Numbered from the stretch's first letter, positions 29,901 to 41,980 are shown. The stretch: DNA of 64,000 bases from Alphaproteobacteria bacterium (GCA_965200925.1 OZ241738.1:1858291-1922290), one strand, 5' to 3'. The notes: a model not told the origin generated them from the letters alone. Numbers and translations are program-made.

Positions 29901-32900
29901 CGTGGCCTTGTTTCCGGGGCTCTATTGCCCCGGCCTCATTGAAGCGCCAGCGACCTGTCGGGCCGTGCGCGGGCGTTCCAAGGTTTCCGGGGCTCTATTG
30001 CCCCGGCCTCATTGAAGCCATTTCGCCTTGTGTGTGGTGGCTGCCGTCGAGTCAGTTTCCGGGGCTCTATTGCCCCGGCCTCATTGAAGCCCGTTACGGA
30101 CAGCCCTGCCACCGGCCCGTTATGCAGCGTTTCCGGGGCTCTATTGCCCCGGCCTCATTGAAGCAAGTGATCCAGCTGGCCAGTTTGAAACACATCGTCG
30201 TAGTTTCCGGGGCTCTATTGCCCCGGCCTCATTGAAGCCCCTGCATGTATGCCCTGTTCTGCGCGGCTGCGTTCCGTTTCCGGGGCTCTATTGCCCCGGC
30301 CTCATTGAAGCTACTTGGCATTTTGGCACAACCGCCCGGTGTGTCAAGTTTCCGGGGCTCTATTGCCCCGGCCTCATTGAAGCGAGCGTGACCCGTCCTT
30401 CACGACTCACCGGTTGGGAGTTTCCGGGGCTCTATTGCCCCGGCCTCATTGAAGCCGCCGCCGGCGCGCCCTTCGTCGCCATCATTCGCCCCGTTTCCGG
30501 GGCTCTATTGCCCCGGCCTCATTGAAGCCTCTCTACTGGCAGATCGTGGAAGCGGGCGAACGGGGTTTCCGGGGCTCTATTGCCCCGGCCTCATTGAAGC
30601 GGCGGGCCGCACTCACGGCCGCGAGGGAACGCGAGATGTTTCCGGGGCTCTATTGCCCCGGCCTCATTGAAGCTCCGCAGCGGCATACTCCGCCTCCACG
30701 CCCGTGGCATGTTTCCGGGGCTCTATTGCCCCGGCCTCATTGAAGCGCCAGGTTCTTGAGTGTCTCCAACCCGTCGAAGGCGTCGTTTCCGGGGCTCTAT
30801 TGCCCCGGCCTCATTGAAGCGCCTCGTGCCAGCCGGGGGTGCGCGCGGGGCGCGCGGGTTTCCGGGGCTCTATTGCCCCGGCCTCATTGAAGCGGCCTGT
30901 TCGAAGCGGACCCTCGCGCAGCAAACCCCGTTTCCGGGGCTCTATTGCCCCGGCCTCATTGAAGCCCGGTGGTCAGTCGCCGGTCGGCGGCACCACCTAC
31001 GCCGTTTCCGGGGCTCTATTGCCCCGGCCTCATTGAAGCAGATCCACTTAATTGGCACTGCCCAATTGGGCAGAGAGTTTCCGGGGCTCTATTGCCCCGG
31101 CCTCATTGAAGCATCAGGGACCTCCGGGACGCGGGCGGCGGCCTCATCGTTTCCGGGGCTCTATTGCCCCGGCCTCATTGAAGCTAGTCCATCGCCGTCC
31201 CGGGCGCCGGGACGAGCGGCGTTTCCGGGGCTCTATTGCCCCGGCCTCATTGAAGCACGGCCGCGCAGCGCGACCTGATCATCGCCCTCTCGGAGTTTCC
31301 GGGGCTCTATTGCCCCGGCCTCATTGAAGCACCGTTCGTCGCCGGCGATCGCCCCGGCGCTGGCGAGTTTCCGGGGCTCTATTGCCCCGGCCTCATTGAA
31401 GCCGCGAGATCGGGCAGCTGGGGCCGCGCGAATTCGAGGTTTCCGGGGCTCTATTGCCCCGGCCTCATTGAAGCACGCGAGATTGCCGTTTCCCCATATT
31501 GGCAATGTGCAACGTTTCCGGGGCTCTATTGCCCCGGCCTCATTGAAGCCCGCCGCGCTCGCCGGTGCGGGGCACGACGAGGCGCGTTTCCGGGGCTCTA
31601 TTGCCCCGGCCTCATTGAAGCCCGGTGCTGCCAACTACAATGCCGCCGATGGTGCCGAGGGTTTCCGGGGCTCTATTGCCCCGGCCTCATTGAAGCTTCG
31701 TGACACTCATCGCGCCGCCGTCAGGTCGTGGCGTTTCCGGGGCTCTATTGCCCCGGCCTCATTGAAGCTTCGTATCGGAGGAAGGTATCGAGGTCGGTGA
31801 CCGCGTTTCCGGGGCTCTATTGCCCCGGCCTCATTGAAGCATGTCGAGCGCCTGGCGCTCCTCGAGCGAGCGTCGGTTTCCGGGGCTCTATTGCCCCGGC
31901 CTCATTGAAGCGCTTTGTGCTGCATCATGTGGAGTGATCCGCGCCTGGGTTTCCGGGGCTCTATTGCCCCGGCCTCATTGAAGCAAGGGCGGCCTCGGTG
32001 GCCTCCTGCAGACTGGTCTGGTTTCCGGGGCTCTATTGCCCCGGCCTCATTGAAGCTCTTCCGCCGCAGTACAAGCGTGAATTTCGCCAGTGTTTCCGGG
32101 GCTCTATTGCCCCGGCCTCATTGAAGCCCCATGGCCACCTCCCTAGGCCGCTTGCACGGGCTTGGTTTCCGGGGCTCTATTGCCCCGGCCTCATTGAAGC
32201 CGGGGCCGCAAGTATGGGACGCTCTACGAGGTGGACGTTTCCGGGGCTCTATTGCCCCGGCCTCATTGAAGCAAGATCAAGCTGCACCCGGAGCGCTTCG
32301 ACGAACCGGTTTCCGGGGCTCTATTGCCCCGGCCTCATTGAAGCATCAACGACCTGGACGGGCGGGCGATCAACTTCCTGGTTTCCGGGGCTCTATTGCC
32401 CCGGCCTCATTGAAGCAAGCCAGGCCACTTGCCGGAATACCAGTTGGGGTCCGTTTCCGGGGCTCTATTGCCCCGGCCTCATTGAAGCACACGCCGAGGG
32501 CGCGGAAGACACGGGCGTATTCCTCGTTTCCGGGGCTCTATTGCCCCGGCCTCATTGAAGCGTCGGCAACTACGACGCGACGGTGGGGGCGAACGCCGTT
32601 TCCGGGGCTCTATTGCCCCGGCCTCATTGAAGCATGTCGAGCGCCTGGCGCTCCTCGAGCGAGCGTCGGTTTCCGGGGCTCTATTGCCCCGGCCTCATTG
32701 AAGCGCCAGAGGGACGCCGGACGCGACCTAGGCGGTATCGTTTCCGGGGCTCTATTGCCCCGGCCTCATTGAAGCGTGTTGTCGCAGGAGCCGTTCCAGA
32801 GGACCGTCGCGTTTCCGGGGCTCTATTGCCCCGGCCTCATTGAAGCCGCTCTTGCATGGCGTGTGCGGTCGCGCCGCACGCGTTTCCGGGGCTCTATTGC

Positions 32901-34746
32901 CCCGGCCTCATTGAAGCACCTTGTCGTTGACTGCCGGGATAGCCGCTGCAACTGGTTTCCGGGGCTCTATTGCCCCGGCCTCATTGAAGCCTGTGGCGAA
33001 ACCCGCCGAGTCGTGAATGGATGGCCCGGGTTTCCGGGGCTCTATTGCCCCGGCCTCATTGAAGCCCGTCGCTTTGGCCTTGGGGATTGGCCAGCGCCGG
33101 CAAGTTTCCGGGGCTCTATTGCCCCGGCCTCATTGAAGCATGGCTTGCTCCTAGGGGTTGGGGTTGGGGGCTAACGGCGTTTCCGGGGCTCTATTGCCCC
33201 GGCCTCATTGAAGCGGCGCCGTGACCCTTGCGTGGGCGATCGCCCTACCCGTTTCCGGGGCTCTATTGCCCCGGCCTCATTGAAGCCCGGTGCTGCCAAC
33301 TACAATGCCGCCGATGGTGCCGAGGGTTTCCGGGGCTCTATTGCCCCGGCCTCATTGAAGCTTCGTGACACTCATCGCGCCGCCGTCAGGTCGTGGCGTT
33401 TCCGGGGCTCTATTGCCCCGGCCTCATTGAAGCTAGCGCCCGGTATGGGCGACGTGGTGGCCCCTGTCGGTTTCCGGGGCTCTATTGCCCCGGCCTCATT
33501 GAAGCTTCCTTGTCGGTCGTGCCAGGTCTCTGGAGCGACAGGTTTCCGGGGCTCTATTGCCCCGGCCTCATTGAAGCCCCGTCAAGTCGTTGGGCGCGCA
33601 AGCCCAACCACCCGGGTTTCCGGGGCTCTATTGCCCCGGCCTCATTGAAGCGAGGGTCAAGCCGTCGTCGAGCAGGCGGTCTGCCTCGTTTCCGGGGCTC
33701 TATTGCCCCGGCCTCATTGAAGCACTGCCGGTCGACGACGTCCGCGCCGAGCGAGGAGTGTTTCCGGGGCTCTATTGCCCCGGCCTCATTGAAGCGAGAT
33801 AGCGTTCGATATTGCCGGCCGGGTCTTCGGTCGTTTCCGGGGCTCTATTGCCCCGGCCTCATTGAAGCGTTCGAGACCGCCATGTATTCATCGCGGTCTT
33901 GGTGTGTTTCCGGGGCTCTATTGCCCCGGCCTCATTGAAGCTGGTTGTTTTTTGCTATGGCTAGGTATGCCTATGATCTGTTTCCGGGGCTCTATTGCCC
34001 CGGCCTCATTGAAGCCAGCGATACCATAATGCCTGGCGCTATGCCGTCGGGTTTCCGGGGCTCTATTGCCCCGGCCTCATTGAAGCTACTACTTCCCCCT
34101 TGAAGGTTCCGCGTCCGCCGGTGTTTCCGGGGCTCTATTGCCCCGGCCTCATTGAAGCCAGTCTGAGCAAGCTGCTCTCGGTCGTGATTTTCAGGGTTTC
34201 CGGGGCTCTATTGCCCCGGCCTCATTGAAGCCCGACCCAGGTTTCGGGTTCTCCTGATCCGCCATCGCCAGGTTTCCGGGGCTCTATTGCCCCGGCCTCA
34301 TTGAAGCTCGCGCGAAGCGTAGGCATCGCGTCATAGGACGGGTTGTTTCCGGGGCTCTATTGCCCCGGCCTCATTGAAGCCCGGTGCGGGGCCGGCGGCC
34401 GACTGGAGTTGCATCGTTTCCGGGGCTCTATTGCCCCGGCCTCATTGAAGCTCGACGAGCTGTGCCCTCGCCGTCGCGGCGGCCGCCGTTTCCGGGGCTC
34501 TATTGCCCCGGCCTCATTGAAGCGGCGCGCTGCCGGAGCCGGCGCGTGCCGCCGAGATGCGTTTCCGGGGCTCTATTGCCCCGGCCTCATTGAAGCGATT
34601 GCTGCCGCTGTCGAGGCTACTAAGGCCGAGGCGGGTTTCCGGGGCTCTATTGCCCCGGCCTCATTGAAGCCCAGTGGGCGCGGTCAGTCAGGTTGCGGAA
34701 GTAGGCGCCGGTTTCCGGGGCTCTATTGCTCCGGCTTCGTCGAAGG
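17980..34746 (+). CRISPR. CRISPR array, about 230 copies of the 36-nt repeat GTTTCCGGGGCTCTATTGCCCCGGCCTCATTGAAGC; spacers are 35-40 nt; the terminal repeat is degenerate
   Basis: A perfectly periodic 72-74-nt unit runs from 17980 to 34670. The repeat contains the palindrome CCGGGGC-TCTATT-GCCCCGG and ends in ATTGAAGC, the end typical of type I-C/E/U-like repeats. The last unit (34711-34746) is mutated (…TTGCTCCGGCTTCGTCGAAGGGC). The repeat count was estimated from length divided by period, not counted exactly. Confidence 0.95.
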
Positions 34747-34883
34747 GCCTTGCGCGGCTTGCTTCGGCGCGGCTACCCGTGGCTTGCGAGGCGCGCCGCT
34801 GCCTGTCCCTTCCGGCCACAATGCGGGCTACCGGTGGGCTGTCCCGGCGGAGGCGCGGCGAGCGGGGAGAAAGGAGGCGGACG

Positions 34884-36065
34884 ATGAAGCTCGACGGCAT
34901 CAGGGTGCTGGATCTCTCGCGGTTCCTGCCGGGGCCGTATCTGGCCGGGGCGATGGCCGATCACGGCGCCGACGTGATCAAGATCGAGGACCCGCGGGGC
35001 GGCGACCCGGCGCGCGAAATCGGGCCGCGCGAAGCCGGGATCACGGTCTATTTCCGCAACGCCAACCGCGGCAAGCGAAGCCTCGCCATCGACCTCAAAA
35101 GCGACACCGGGCGCGAGGCCTTCCTGCGTCTCGCCGAGACCGCCGACGTGATCGTCGAGAGCTTCCGCCCCGGCGTGGTGAACCGCCTGGGGATCGGGTA
35201 TAGGGCCGTCCGCGCCCGTGCGCCCCGCATCGTCTACGCCTCGATCTCGGCGTTCGGCCAGTCAGGGCCCTATCGCGACCGCCCGGCCCACGATCTCGGC
35301 GTCAACGCCCTCGCCGGCGTCGCCAGCCTCGGCGTGGGGCGCGACGGCGCGCCGGCCATCCCTTGCCCACCGCCCTCCGACATGGCGGGTGCGCTCACGG
35401 CCCTCGCCGGCATCCTCATGGCGTTGCTGCGTCGCGAAGTCAGCGGGCGGGGCGACCATATCGACCTCGCGATGTTCGATGCGGTCCTCCCGTGGACGAC
35501 GCCTCTCGCCGGCACGGTATTCGCCGAGGGCCGGGCGCCGGACCCCCGAGCCGAGCGCACCCTGGGCGGAGCGGCGTTCTACCGCCCCTACCGCACCAGG
35601 GACGGCCGCTACGTCGCCCTCGCCGGCAGCGAGACCAAATTCGTGACCAGCTTCCTGGAGGCGGTGGGGCGCCCGGACCTGATCCCGCTCGGGCGGGCGC
35701 CCGCCGGCCCGGCACAGGCGCCGCTTCACGCTTTCCTCGAGGAAACCTTCGCCGGGCGAACCCAGGCCGAATGGATCGCGTGGTTCGCCGGCCGCGACAT
35801 CTGCTTCGCGCCGGTCCTTACCCTCGACGAGACGTTCGAAGACCCCCACCTCGCCGCGCGCGGCATGGTGCAACGCGGCGACGAGGACGGCGCCGCCCAT
35901 CTCGGCATCCCCATCAAGTTCGCGGACGAGCCCGGCCGGGTCGTGCCCGGCGTGCCGGCCTTGGGCGAGCACAGCACCGACATCCTCCGGGAGCTGGGCT
36001 ACGAAGCGAACGAATGCGCGGCCATGGCGCGCGCCGGAATCGTCACGCAGGCGCAGCGCCCCTGA
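34884..36065 (+). CDS. CoA-transferase family III (CaiB/BaiF-like)
   Basis: MKLDGIRVLDLSRFLPGPYLAGAMADHGADVIKIE... is the classic family-III CoA-transferase N-terminus. An AAGGAGG RBS lies at 34871-34877. Confidence 0.75.
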   Translation: MKLDGIRVLDLSRFLPGPYLAGAMADHGADVIKIEDPRGGDPAREIGPREAGITVYFRNANRGKRSLAIDLKSDTGREAFLRLAETADVIVESFRPGVVNRLGIGYRAVRARAPRIVYASISAFGQSGPYRDRPAHDLGVNALAGVASLGVGRDGAPAIPCPPPSDMAGALTALAGILMALLRREVSGRGDHIDLAMFDAVLPWTTPLAGTVFAEGRAPDPRAERTLGGAAFYRPYRTRDGRYVALAGSETKFVTSFLEAVGRPDLIPLGRAPAGPAQAPLHAFLEETFAGRTQAEWIAWFAGRDICFAPVLTLDETFEDPHLAARGMVQRGDEDGAAHLGIPIKFADEPGRVVPGVPALGEHSTDILRELGYEANECAAMARAGIVTQAQRP

Positions 36066-36284
36066 GAGCACCGGCGCATCCGGGTGCACAGGAGGGTGTC
36101 CGGCCTTGCGCGGCACTGCCCGGGAACCGCCACCGCGCGCGACCGTGGCCACTGGATCCGGCATCTTGTGGTTCCACCGCAATTTCATCACAAAATATGG
36201 TTGACAGGGGGCGCACCCCTGGGGTCCTATGCTACCAGTTGTGGTCGTGCCCCCTGAAGCACCCAAGATTTCGAGGGCGAGGAC
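36066..36284 (+). promoter_or_regulatory. nrdJ upstream region with candidate NrdR-box-like palindromic elements, a TTGACA hexamer and a 6-bp stem-loop (CAGGGG-N5-CCCCTG)
   Basis: Segments CTTGTGGTTCCACC and TCACAAAATATGGTTGA loosely resemble NrdR boxes (acaCwAtATaTwGtgt) about 30 bp apart. nrdR itself is encoded at 51076-51534. This is a sequence impression only. Confidence 0.25.
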
Positions 36285-39200
36285 ATGCGCATCGCGCGCC
36301 ATTTCACGGTGGAAGGCGAATCGCCCTATGACGGAATCGCGTTCCGGGAAACCACCTGCGAGATCCGCAACCCCGACGGGTCCGTGGTGTTCCGGCAGGA
36401 GGGCGTGGAAGTCCCCGCCGGCTGGTCGCAGGTCGCCTCCGACGTCCTCGCCCAGAAATATTTCCGCAAGGCCGGCATCGCCAAGCGGCGCAAGCCCATG
36501 CCCGAAGGCGACGTCCCCGCTTGGCTCTGGCGGAGCGTGCCGGACGGCGGCGACTGCGGCGCGGGGGTAGACGAACCCGCCCAGGGCGAGCGCTCGGCCA
36601 GGCAGGTGTTCCACCGCATGGCCGGCACCTGGACCTATTGGGGTTGGAAGGCCGGCTATTTCGACCGCGAGGCCGACGCCCGCGCCTTCTACGACGAGCT
36701 CACGGCCATGCTGGCGCTCCAGGTCGCCGCACCCAACTCGCCGCAATGGTTCAACACCGGGCTGCACTGGGCTTACGGCATCGACGGGCCGGCGCAGGGG
36801 CACTACTTCGTCGACTTCGAGAGCGGTGCGTTGAAGGAGGCCGAGTCGGCCTACGAGCACCCCCAGCCGCACGCCTGCTTCATCCAGAGCATCGACGACG
36901 ACCTCGTGAGCGAGGGCGGGATCATGGACCTCTGGGTGCGCGAGGCCCGCCTCTTCAAATACGGCTCCGGCACGGGGACGAATTTCTCCACTTTGCGCGG
37001 CGAGAGCGAGCCGCTCTCGGGCGGCGGCCAGTCCTCCGGCCTGATGAGCTTCCTCAAGATCGGCGACCGGGCGGCAGGCGCCATCAAATCCGGCGGCACC
37101 ACGCGGCGCGCCGCCAAGATGGTCATCGTCGACGTGGACCACCCCGACATCGAGGCCTACGTCGACTGGAAGGTCGCCGAAGAGCAGAAGGTCGCCGCGC
37201 TGGTGGCCGGGTCGCGGCTCCTGCATACCCACTTGAACCGCATCGTCGCCGCCTGCCGCGCGGGCGAAGGGGAACGGCGGTTCGACGCCCGCGCGAACCC
37301 GGCGCTCCGCAGGGCCGTCCGCGCGGCGCGCAAGGCGCCGGTGCCGGAGGCCTGCATCCGCCGTGCCATCCAATGGGCCGAGCAGGGCTTCACCGAAATC
37401 GATTTTCGCGTCTACGACGCCGACTGGCAGTCGGAAGCCTATCTCACGGTGTCGGGGCAGAACTCCAACAACTCGATCCGGGTGACCGATGCGTTCCTCG
37501 AGCGGGTAGCGTCCGGCGGCACCTGGGACCTGATCCGGCGCACCGACGGCAAGGTGGCCAGAACCGTCGACGCGCGTGCGCTCTGGGACAGGATCGCCGA
37601 GGCGGCCTGGGCGTCGGCCGATCCGGGGATCCAGTTCGATACCACGATCAACGCCTGGCACACCTGCCCGGCGGAGGGGCGCATCAACGCCTCGAATCCC
37701 TGTTCCGAGTACATGTTCCTCGACGACACCGCGTGCAATCTCGCGTCGCTCAACCTGGCGGCGTTCCAGCGCGGCGACGGCGGCTTCGACGTCGCGCGCT
37801 TCGAGCATGCAGTGCGCCTGTGGACGGTCGTGCTCGAGATATCGGTCCTGATGGCCCAGTACCCGTCCCGCGAGATCGCCCGGCGCTCCTTCCGCTACCG
37901 GACCCTGGGCTTGGGCTTCGCCAACCTCGGCGGCTTCCTGATGTCGCGCGGCCTGCCCTACGACAGCCCCGAAGGCCGGGCGTTCGCTGGCGCCGTCAGC
38001 TCCCTGATGACGGGCGCCGCCTACGCCGCCTCCGCCGAAATGGCCAGCGAGCTCGGCCCCTTCCCGGCGTTCGCCGATAACCGGGAGGCCATGCTGCGGG
38101 TCATGCGTAATCACCGGGCCGCCGCCCGCGGCGAGGTCGACGCCTTCGAGGGGCTCGCCATCCCGCCCGTGACGCTGGACCGCGCCGCTCTTCTCGACCG
38201 CGCCCTGGGCGAGGCTGCCCTGCGGGTGTGGGACCACGCGCTGGCGTTGGGGGAGCGGTATGGCTACCGCAACGCGCAGGCCACGGTGGTCGCGCCGACC
38301 GGCACCATCGGCTTGGTCATGGATTGCGACACCACCGGCATTGAGCCCGATTTCGCGCTGGTGAAGTTCAAGAAGCTGGCCGGCGGCGGCTACTTCAAGA
38401 TCATCAACGGCAGCGTCCCCAAGGCCCTGAAGGCGCTCGGCTACGCCGAGCCGGAGATCGACGCGATCGTGCGGTACGCCGTGGGCCACGGCACCCTTGC
38501 CGGCGCGCCGGCGATCGACCACGAGGCGCTGGCGCGGAAGGGCCTTCCGCCCGAAGCCATCGCGCGTATCGAGGAGGCACTCGGATCGGCCTTCGACGTG
38601 AGCCTCGCCTTCAACAAATGGACCCTCGGCGAGGAGTTCTGCACCGGCGCGCTCGGTCTCGACGAAACGGCGCTGGCCGCGCCGGGCTTCGACTTCCTCG
38701 GCGCCCTCGGCTTCGACGCCCGCGCGATCGAGGCCGCCAACGTCCATTGCTGCGGCGCGATGACGCTGGAGGGCGCGCCATATCTCGACCCGGCGCATCT
38801 GCCGGTCTTCGATTGTGCCAACCCCTGCGGACGCACCGGGTCCGGGCGCTGCCTCTCCACGGAAAGCCACGTGCGCATGATGGCGGCGGCTCAGCCCTTC
38901 ATTTCCGGCGCCATCTCCAAGACCATCAACCTGCCCGCGAACGCGACGGTCGAGGATTGCCGGAACGCCTACGCGCTTTCGTGGCGCCTGGGGCTCAAGG
39001 CCAACGCCCTCTATCGGGACGGCTCCAAGCTCTCCCAGCCGCTCAACGGGCTGGCCCTGGGCGAGGACGAGGCGGACGATTCCGCAGACGAGCCGGAAGC
39101 GCCGGCCCGGCCGGTGGACCAGCGCGACCCGTTGCGCGCGGCCGAGCGCATCGTCCGGCAGGTCGTGCACCAAGGCGAGCGGCGGCGCCTGCCTCACCGC

Positions 39201-39941
39201 CGGCGCGGCTACACCCAGAAGGCCACCATCGGCGGCCACAAGGTCTACCTGCGGACCGGCGAATTCCGGGACGGCTCGCTCGGCGAGATCTTCGTCGACA
39301 TGCACAAGGAGGGCGCGTCCTTCCGCAGCCTCATGAACAACTTCGCGATCGCGATCTCGATCGGTCTGCAATACGGCGTCCCCCTCGACGAATACGTCGA
39401 TGCCTTCACCTTCACCCGGTTCGAGCCGGCAGGCACGGTGCAGAACAACGACGCAATCAAGATGAGCACCTCCATCCTCGACTATATCTTCCGCGAGCTC
39501 GCGATTTCCTATCTCGGTCGCAGCGACCTCTCCCACGCCGAGGCGGAAGACCTGCTGCCGGACACCATCGGCGGCGGCGAGGAGGAAGCGACGCGCGCCC
39601 CGCGGACGGAGGGCGGCGGCGCAGCGAAGAGCCTCTCCGGCGGCCCCGTGAGCGCCGGCTACGTTCGCTCCAACCTCCTGGTCCTCACCGGCGGCGCCAA
39701 CGACGACGGCGCGCGCGCGGCCGCCGCTCCGCGGGAGCGCGCGCATGGCGGGGCGACGGTCGCGCTCCACCCGGCCGTGGCGGCCGCGCCGGCACGCGCC
39801 GGCGGCCTCGGCGCCGCCCGCAGGGCGCGCGGCGCCGGTTACGAAGGCGAGGCCTGCGACGATTGCGGCAACTTCACGCTGGTCCGCAACGGGACCTGCA
39901 TGAAGTGTGTGACTTGTGGCACCACCAGTGGCTGTTCCTGA
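36285..39941 (+). CDS. nrdJ: Ribonucleotide reductase class II, adenosylcobalamin-dependent (NrdJ), 1218 aa
   Basis: The long alphaproteobacterial-type NrdJ has conserved RNR segments (…[21 protein letters not shown]…, …[16 protein letters not shown]…) and a C-terminal Cys-rich tail ([22 protein letters not shown]). Confidence 0.85.
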   Translation: MRIARHFTVEGESPYDGIAFRETTCEIRNPDGSVVFRQEGVEVPAGWSQVASDVLAQKYFRKAGIAKRRKPMPEGDVPAWLWRSVPDGGDCGAGVDEPAQGERSARQVFHRMAGTWTYWGWKAGYFDREADARAFYDELTAMLALQVAAPNSPQWFNTGLHWAYGIDGPAQGHYFVDFESGALKEAESAYEHPQPHACFIQSIDDDLVSEGGIMDLWVREARLFKYGSGTGTNFSTLRGESEPLSGGGQSSGLMSFLKIGDRAAGAIKSGGTTRRAAKMVIVDVDHPDIEAYVDWKVAEEQKVAALVAGSRLLHTHLNRIVAACRAGEGERRFDARANPALRRAVRAARKAPVPEACIRRAIQWAEQGFTEIDFRVYDADWQSEAYLTVSGQNSNNSIRVTDAFLERVASGGTWDLIRRTDGKVARTVDARALWDRIAEAAWASADPGIQFDTTINAWHTCPAEGRINASNPCSEYMFLDDTACNLASLNLAAFQRGDGGFDVARFEHAVRLWTVVLEISVLMAQYPSREIARRSFRYRTLGLGFANLGGFLMSRGLPYDSPEGRAFAGAVSSLMTGAAYAASAEMASELGPFPAFADNREAMLRVMRNHRAAARGEVDAFEGLAIPPVTLDRAALLDRALGEAALRVWDHALALGERYGYRNAQATVVAPTGTIGLVMDCDTTGIEPDFALVKFKKLAGGGYFKIINGSVPKALKALGYAEPEIDAIVRYAVGHGTLAGAPAIDHEALARKGLPPEAIARIEEALGSAFDVSLAFNKWTLGEEFCTGALGLDETALAAPGFDFLGALGFDARAIEAANVHCCGAMTLEGAPYLDPAHLPVFDCANPCGRTGSGRCLSTESHVRMMAAAQPFISGAISKTINLPANATVEDCRNAYALSWRLGLKANALYRDGSKLSQPLNGLALGEDEADDSADEPEAPARPVDQRDPLRAAERIVRQVVHQGERRRLPHRRRGYTQKATIGGHKVYLRTGEFRDGSLGEIFVDMHKEGASFRSLMNNFAIAISIGLQYGVPLDEYVDAFTFTRFEPAGTVQNNDAIKMSTSILDYIFRELAISYLGRSDLSHAEAEDLLPDTIGGGEEEATRAPRTEGGGAAKSLSGGPVSAGYVRSNLLVLTGGANDDGARAAAAPRERAHGGATVALHPAVAAAPARAGGLGAARRARGAGYEGEACDDCGNFTLVRNGTCMKCVTCGTTSGCS

Positions 39942-40093
39942 CGACCGTCCATCTCCCGCGGTCATAAGCCACTGGAACTTGGGGGTGCGCGCAACACGCA
40001 CCCCCTTTTCTTTCCTGCTTGTCCGTGAGAGTCCTCTGATGGAGGCCGCATTTTCCCGGCGCCTCCAGGCGAACGGAGCCTTTTCACCCGAGG

Positions 40094-40900
40094 ATGACTG
40101 TCACGGATATGCAGGTTTTCTTCTTCTGCCTCCGCCCGCGATGGCGGCTTCGCGCCGTCTGTTCCCTGGCCGCGGTCCTCGCGCTCGGCCTCGCCGCCTG
40201 CCAGCCGCAAGGAGCGAGCGCGCCGGGCGCGGACCTCGCGGCGTGGCTCGCCAAACCGGAGAGCAACGGGCCGTTCCCCGCCGTCGTCCTGCTGCACGGC
40301 TGCACGGGGCTGGAGAGAAACACCTCCCATCGGACGGTGTGGCGCGGCCTCACCCGGCACGCCGCGCTGCTCAACGACAACGGCTACGTCACGCTCATCG
40401 TGGACAGCTTCGGCCCGCGCGGTATCGCCGACGCCTGCGCGCGGCCGCGCCTTTCGGAGCAGATGAGCGACTCGCTCGCCGCTTTCGACCATCTGGCCTC
40501 CCTGCCCTTCGTGGATGCCGCGCGGATCGGCGTCGTCGGCTTCTCCCACGGCGGCACGACCGCCTTGTCCCTGGCGGGCAGCACGAGCGGCTATGCCGCC
40601 GCCGTCGCCTATTATCCCTATTGCCGAATGGGCTTCATCGATCGGCCGGTCCTGATCCTGATCGGCGCCAGGGACGACTGGACACCGGTGTCCCTGTGCC
40701 ATGACGTCCACCGGCAATACGCGGATGTGGTCACGCTGAAGATCTACCCGGACGCCTACCACTCCTTCGACCTGCCCATCGGCGGGTCGTTCGTCTTCAA
40801 AGGTCACAGGGTGGAGGAGAACGTCGCCGCGCGGCGGGACTCGCAGGCGCGGATGCTCGCCTTCCTCGGGGCGCATCTGGGCCCCGCACGACCGGAGTGA
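40094..40900 (+). CDS. Dienelactone-hydrolase-family protein with a lipoprotein-type signal
   Basis: N-terminal hydrophobic signal with LALGLAAC; …VVLLHGCTGL… and GFSHGG nucleophile-elbow motifs of alpha/beta hydrolases (DLH family). Confidence 0.6.
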   Translation: MTVTDMQVFFFCLRPRWRLRAVCSLAAVLALGLAACQPQGASAPGADLAAWLAKPESNGPFPAVVLLHGCTGLERNTSHRTVWRGLTRHAALLNDNGYVTLIVDSFGPRGIADACARPRLSEQMSDSLAAFDHLASLPFVDAARIGVVGFSHGGTTALSLAGSTSGYAAAVAYYPYCRMGFIDRPVLILIGARDDWTPVSLCHDVHRQYADVVTLKIYPDAYHSFDLPIGGSFVFKGHRVEENVAARRDSQARMLAFLGAHLGPARPE

Positions 40901-40904
40901 AGAG

Positions 40905-41603
40905 ATGGAGCCCGATGCCTTCCGCGCCTTCACCTTCGACTGCTACGGCACGCTCATCGACTGGGAGAGCGGCATCCTCCGGGCCTTGCACGCGGGCGGG
41001 CTGGACGCGGAGGACGACGCGCTGCTCGCCGCCTTCGCCCGCCACGAGCACCGCCTGGAGGCGCTGCGTCCGGCGCTTCCCTATCCCGACGTGCTGCGCC
41101 GCACCTTCGCGGCCATCGCCGGCGATTTCGGAGTCCCGGCCGCAGCCGAGGCCGCCCGCGCCTTCGCCGCATCGATCGCCGACTGGCCGCCCTTCCCGGA
41201 TTCCGTGGCAGCGCTGACGTCCCTTCGGGAGCGGGCGGTGCTCATGGTGCTGTCGAACGTCGACCGCGCGTCCTTCGCCCACAGCGCCCGGCGTCTGGGG
41301 GAGCCGTTCCATGCCGTCGTCACCGCCGACGACGTGGGCAGCTACAAGCCGGCGCCGGCCCATTTCGCGCGCGCCGCGGCGCTGCTGGCGGAACGCGGCA
41401 TCGCACCGGGGCAGGTTCTCCACGTGGCCCAGAGCCTCTTCCACGACATCGGCCCCGCCCAGGCGGCCGGCTTCGCCACCTGCTGGATCGACCGCCGCGC
41501 CGGCCGTGGCGGCGGCGCCACGCCCGCCGTCGCCGCCGCACCGGACATGACCCTTCCCGGCCTCGCGGCGCTCGCGGCCTGGCGCCGCGGCGGTGCCGGC
41601 TGA
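40905..41603 (+). CDS. HAD-superfamily hydrolase (haloacid-dehalogenase type II-like)
   Basis: FTFDCYGTLIDWE (the HAD motif I DxYGTL), …VLSNVD… and later motifs. Its start is 5 nt after the stop of the upstream gene. Confidence 0.65.
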   Translation: MEPDAFRAFTFDCYGTLIDWESGILRALHAGGLDAEDDALLAAFARHEHRLEALRPALPYPDVLRRTFAAIAGDFGVPAAAEAARAFAASIADWPPFPDSVAALTSLRERAVLMVLSNVDRASFAHSARRLGEPFHAVVTADDVGSYKPAPAHFARAAALLAERGIAPGQVLHVAQSLFHDIGPAQAAGFATCWIDRRAGRGGGATPAVAAAPDMTLPGLAALAAWRRGGAG

Positions 41604-41605
41604 GC

Positions 41606-41980
41606 CTATTCGTGGGTCTCGAAGCGGAAGGACTTGGAGACGATCTGCCAAGCGCCGCCGACCTTGACCAAGGTGAGGAAGTCGGTGAAGTAGCGCGGCG
41701 GGATCGCGCATTCACAGGTCACGGCGGCGGTGTTCGCGTCCGCCATCTCGATGGAGACGATCCGGTCGTGCCGCGCCAGCCCTCGCGCCGCCGGCGATTC
41801 GCGCCCGTTCACGACCTCGAACCAGTGCGTGCGCGACCAGTCGAGAAGCGCGCCGTCTTCATGGGCGAAGAGATGGCAGGCCGGGTGGAACACCGAGCCG
41901 AGCTTCTCCGTGTCGCCCTCGTGGAGCCCGTCGAAGTAGGTTTGCACCGCCCGCGTGATCTCATCGTAGCCCTCGACCAT
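41606..41980 (-). CDS. NTF2/SnoaL-like small protein
   Basis: 124-aa protein MVEGYDEITRAVQTYFDGLHEGDTEKLGSVFHP... with a typical NTF2-like profile. Confidence 0.5.
   Translation of the reverse strand: MVEGYDEITRAVQTYFDGLHEGDTEKLGSVFHPACHLFAHEDGALLDWSRTHWFEVVNGRESPAARGLARHDRIVSIEMADANTAAVTCECAIPPRYFTDFLTLVKVGGAWQIVSKSFRFETHE

Noticed and set aside
17980-34746. Dozens of 60-200-aa ORFs with recurring peptides FPGLYCPGLIEA / FRGSIAPASLK / SGALLPRPH / FNEAGAIEPRK
   Set aside because: These are translations of the CRISPR repeat in the six frames; the periodicity equals the repeat-spacer unit.
34343-35203. 286-aa ORF running from the last repeats into the CoA-transferase gene
   Set aside because: It begins inside the array with repeat-derived peptides, and the 3' part is out of frame with the well-supported CoA-transferase.
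35262-40001. 1579-aa ORF on the minus strand
   Set aside because: It lies entirely antisense to nrdJ and the CoA-transferase, and its low-complexity Gly/Ala/Arg/Val-rich translation is typical of the stop-codon-poor antisense frame of high-GC genes. It has no domain motifs.
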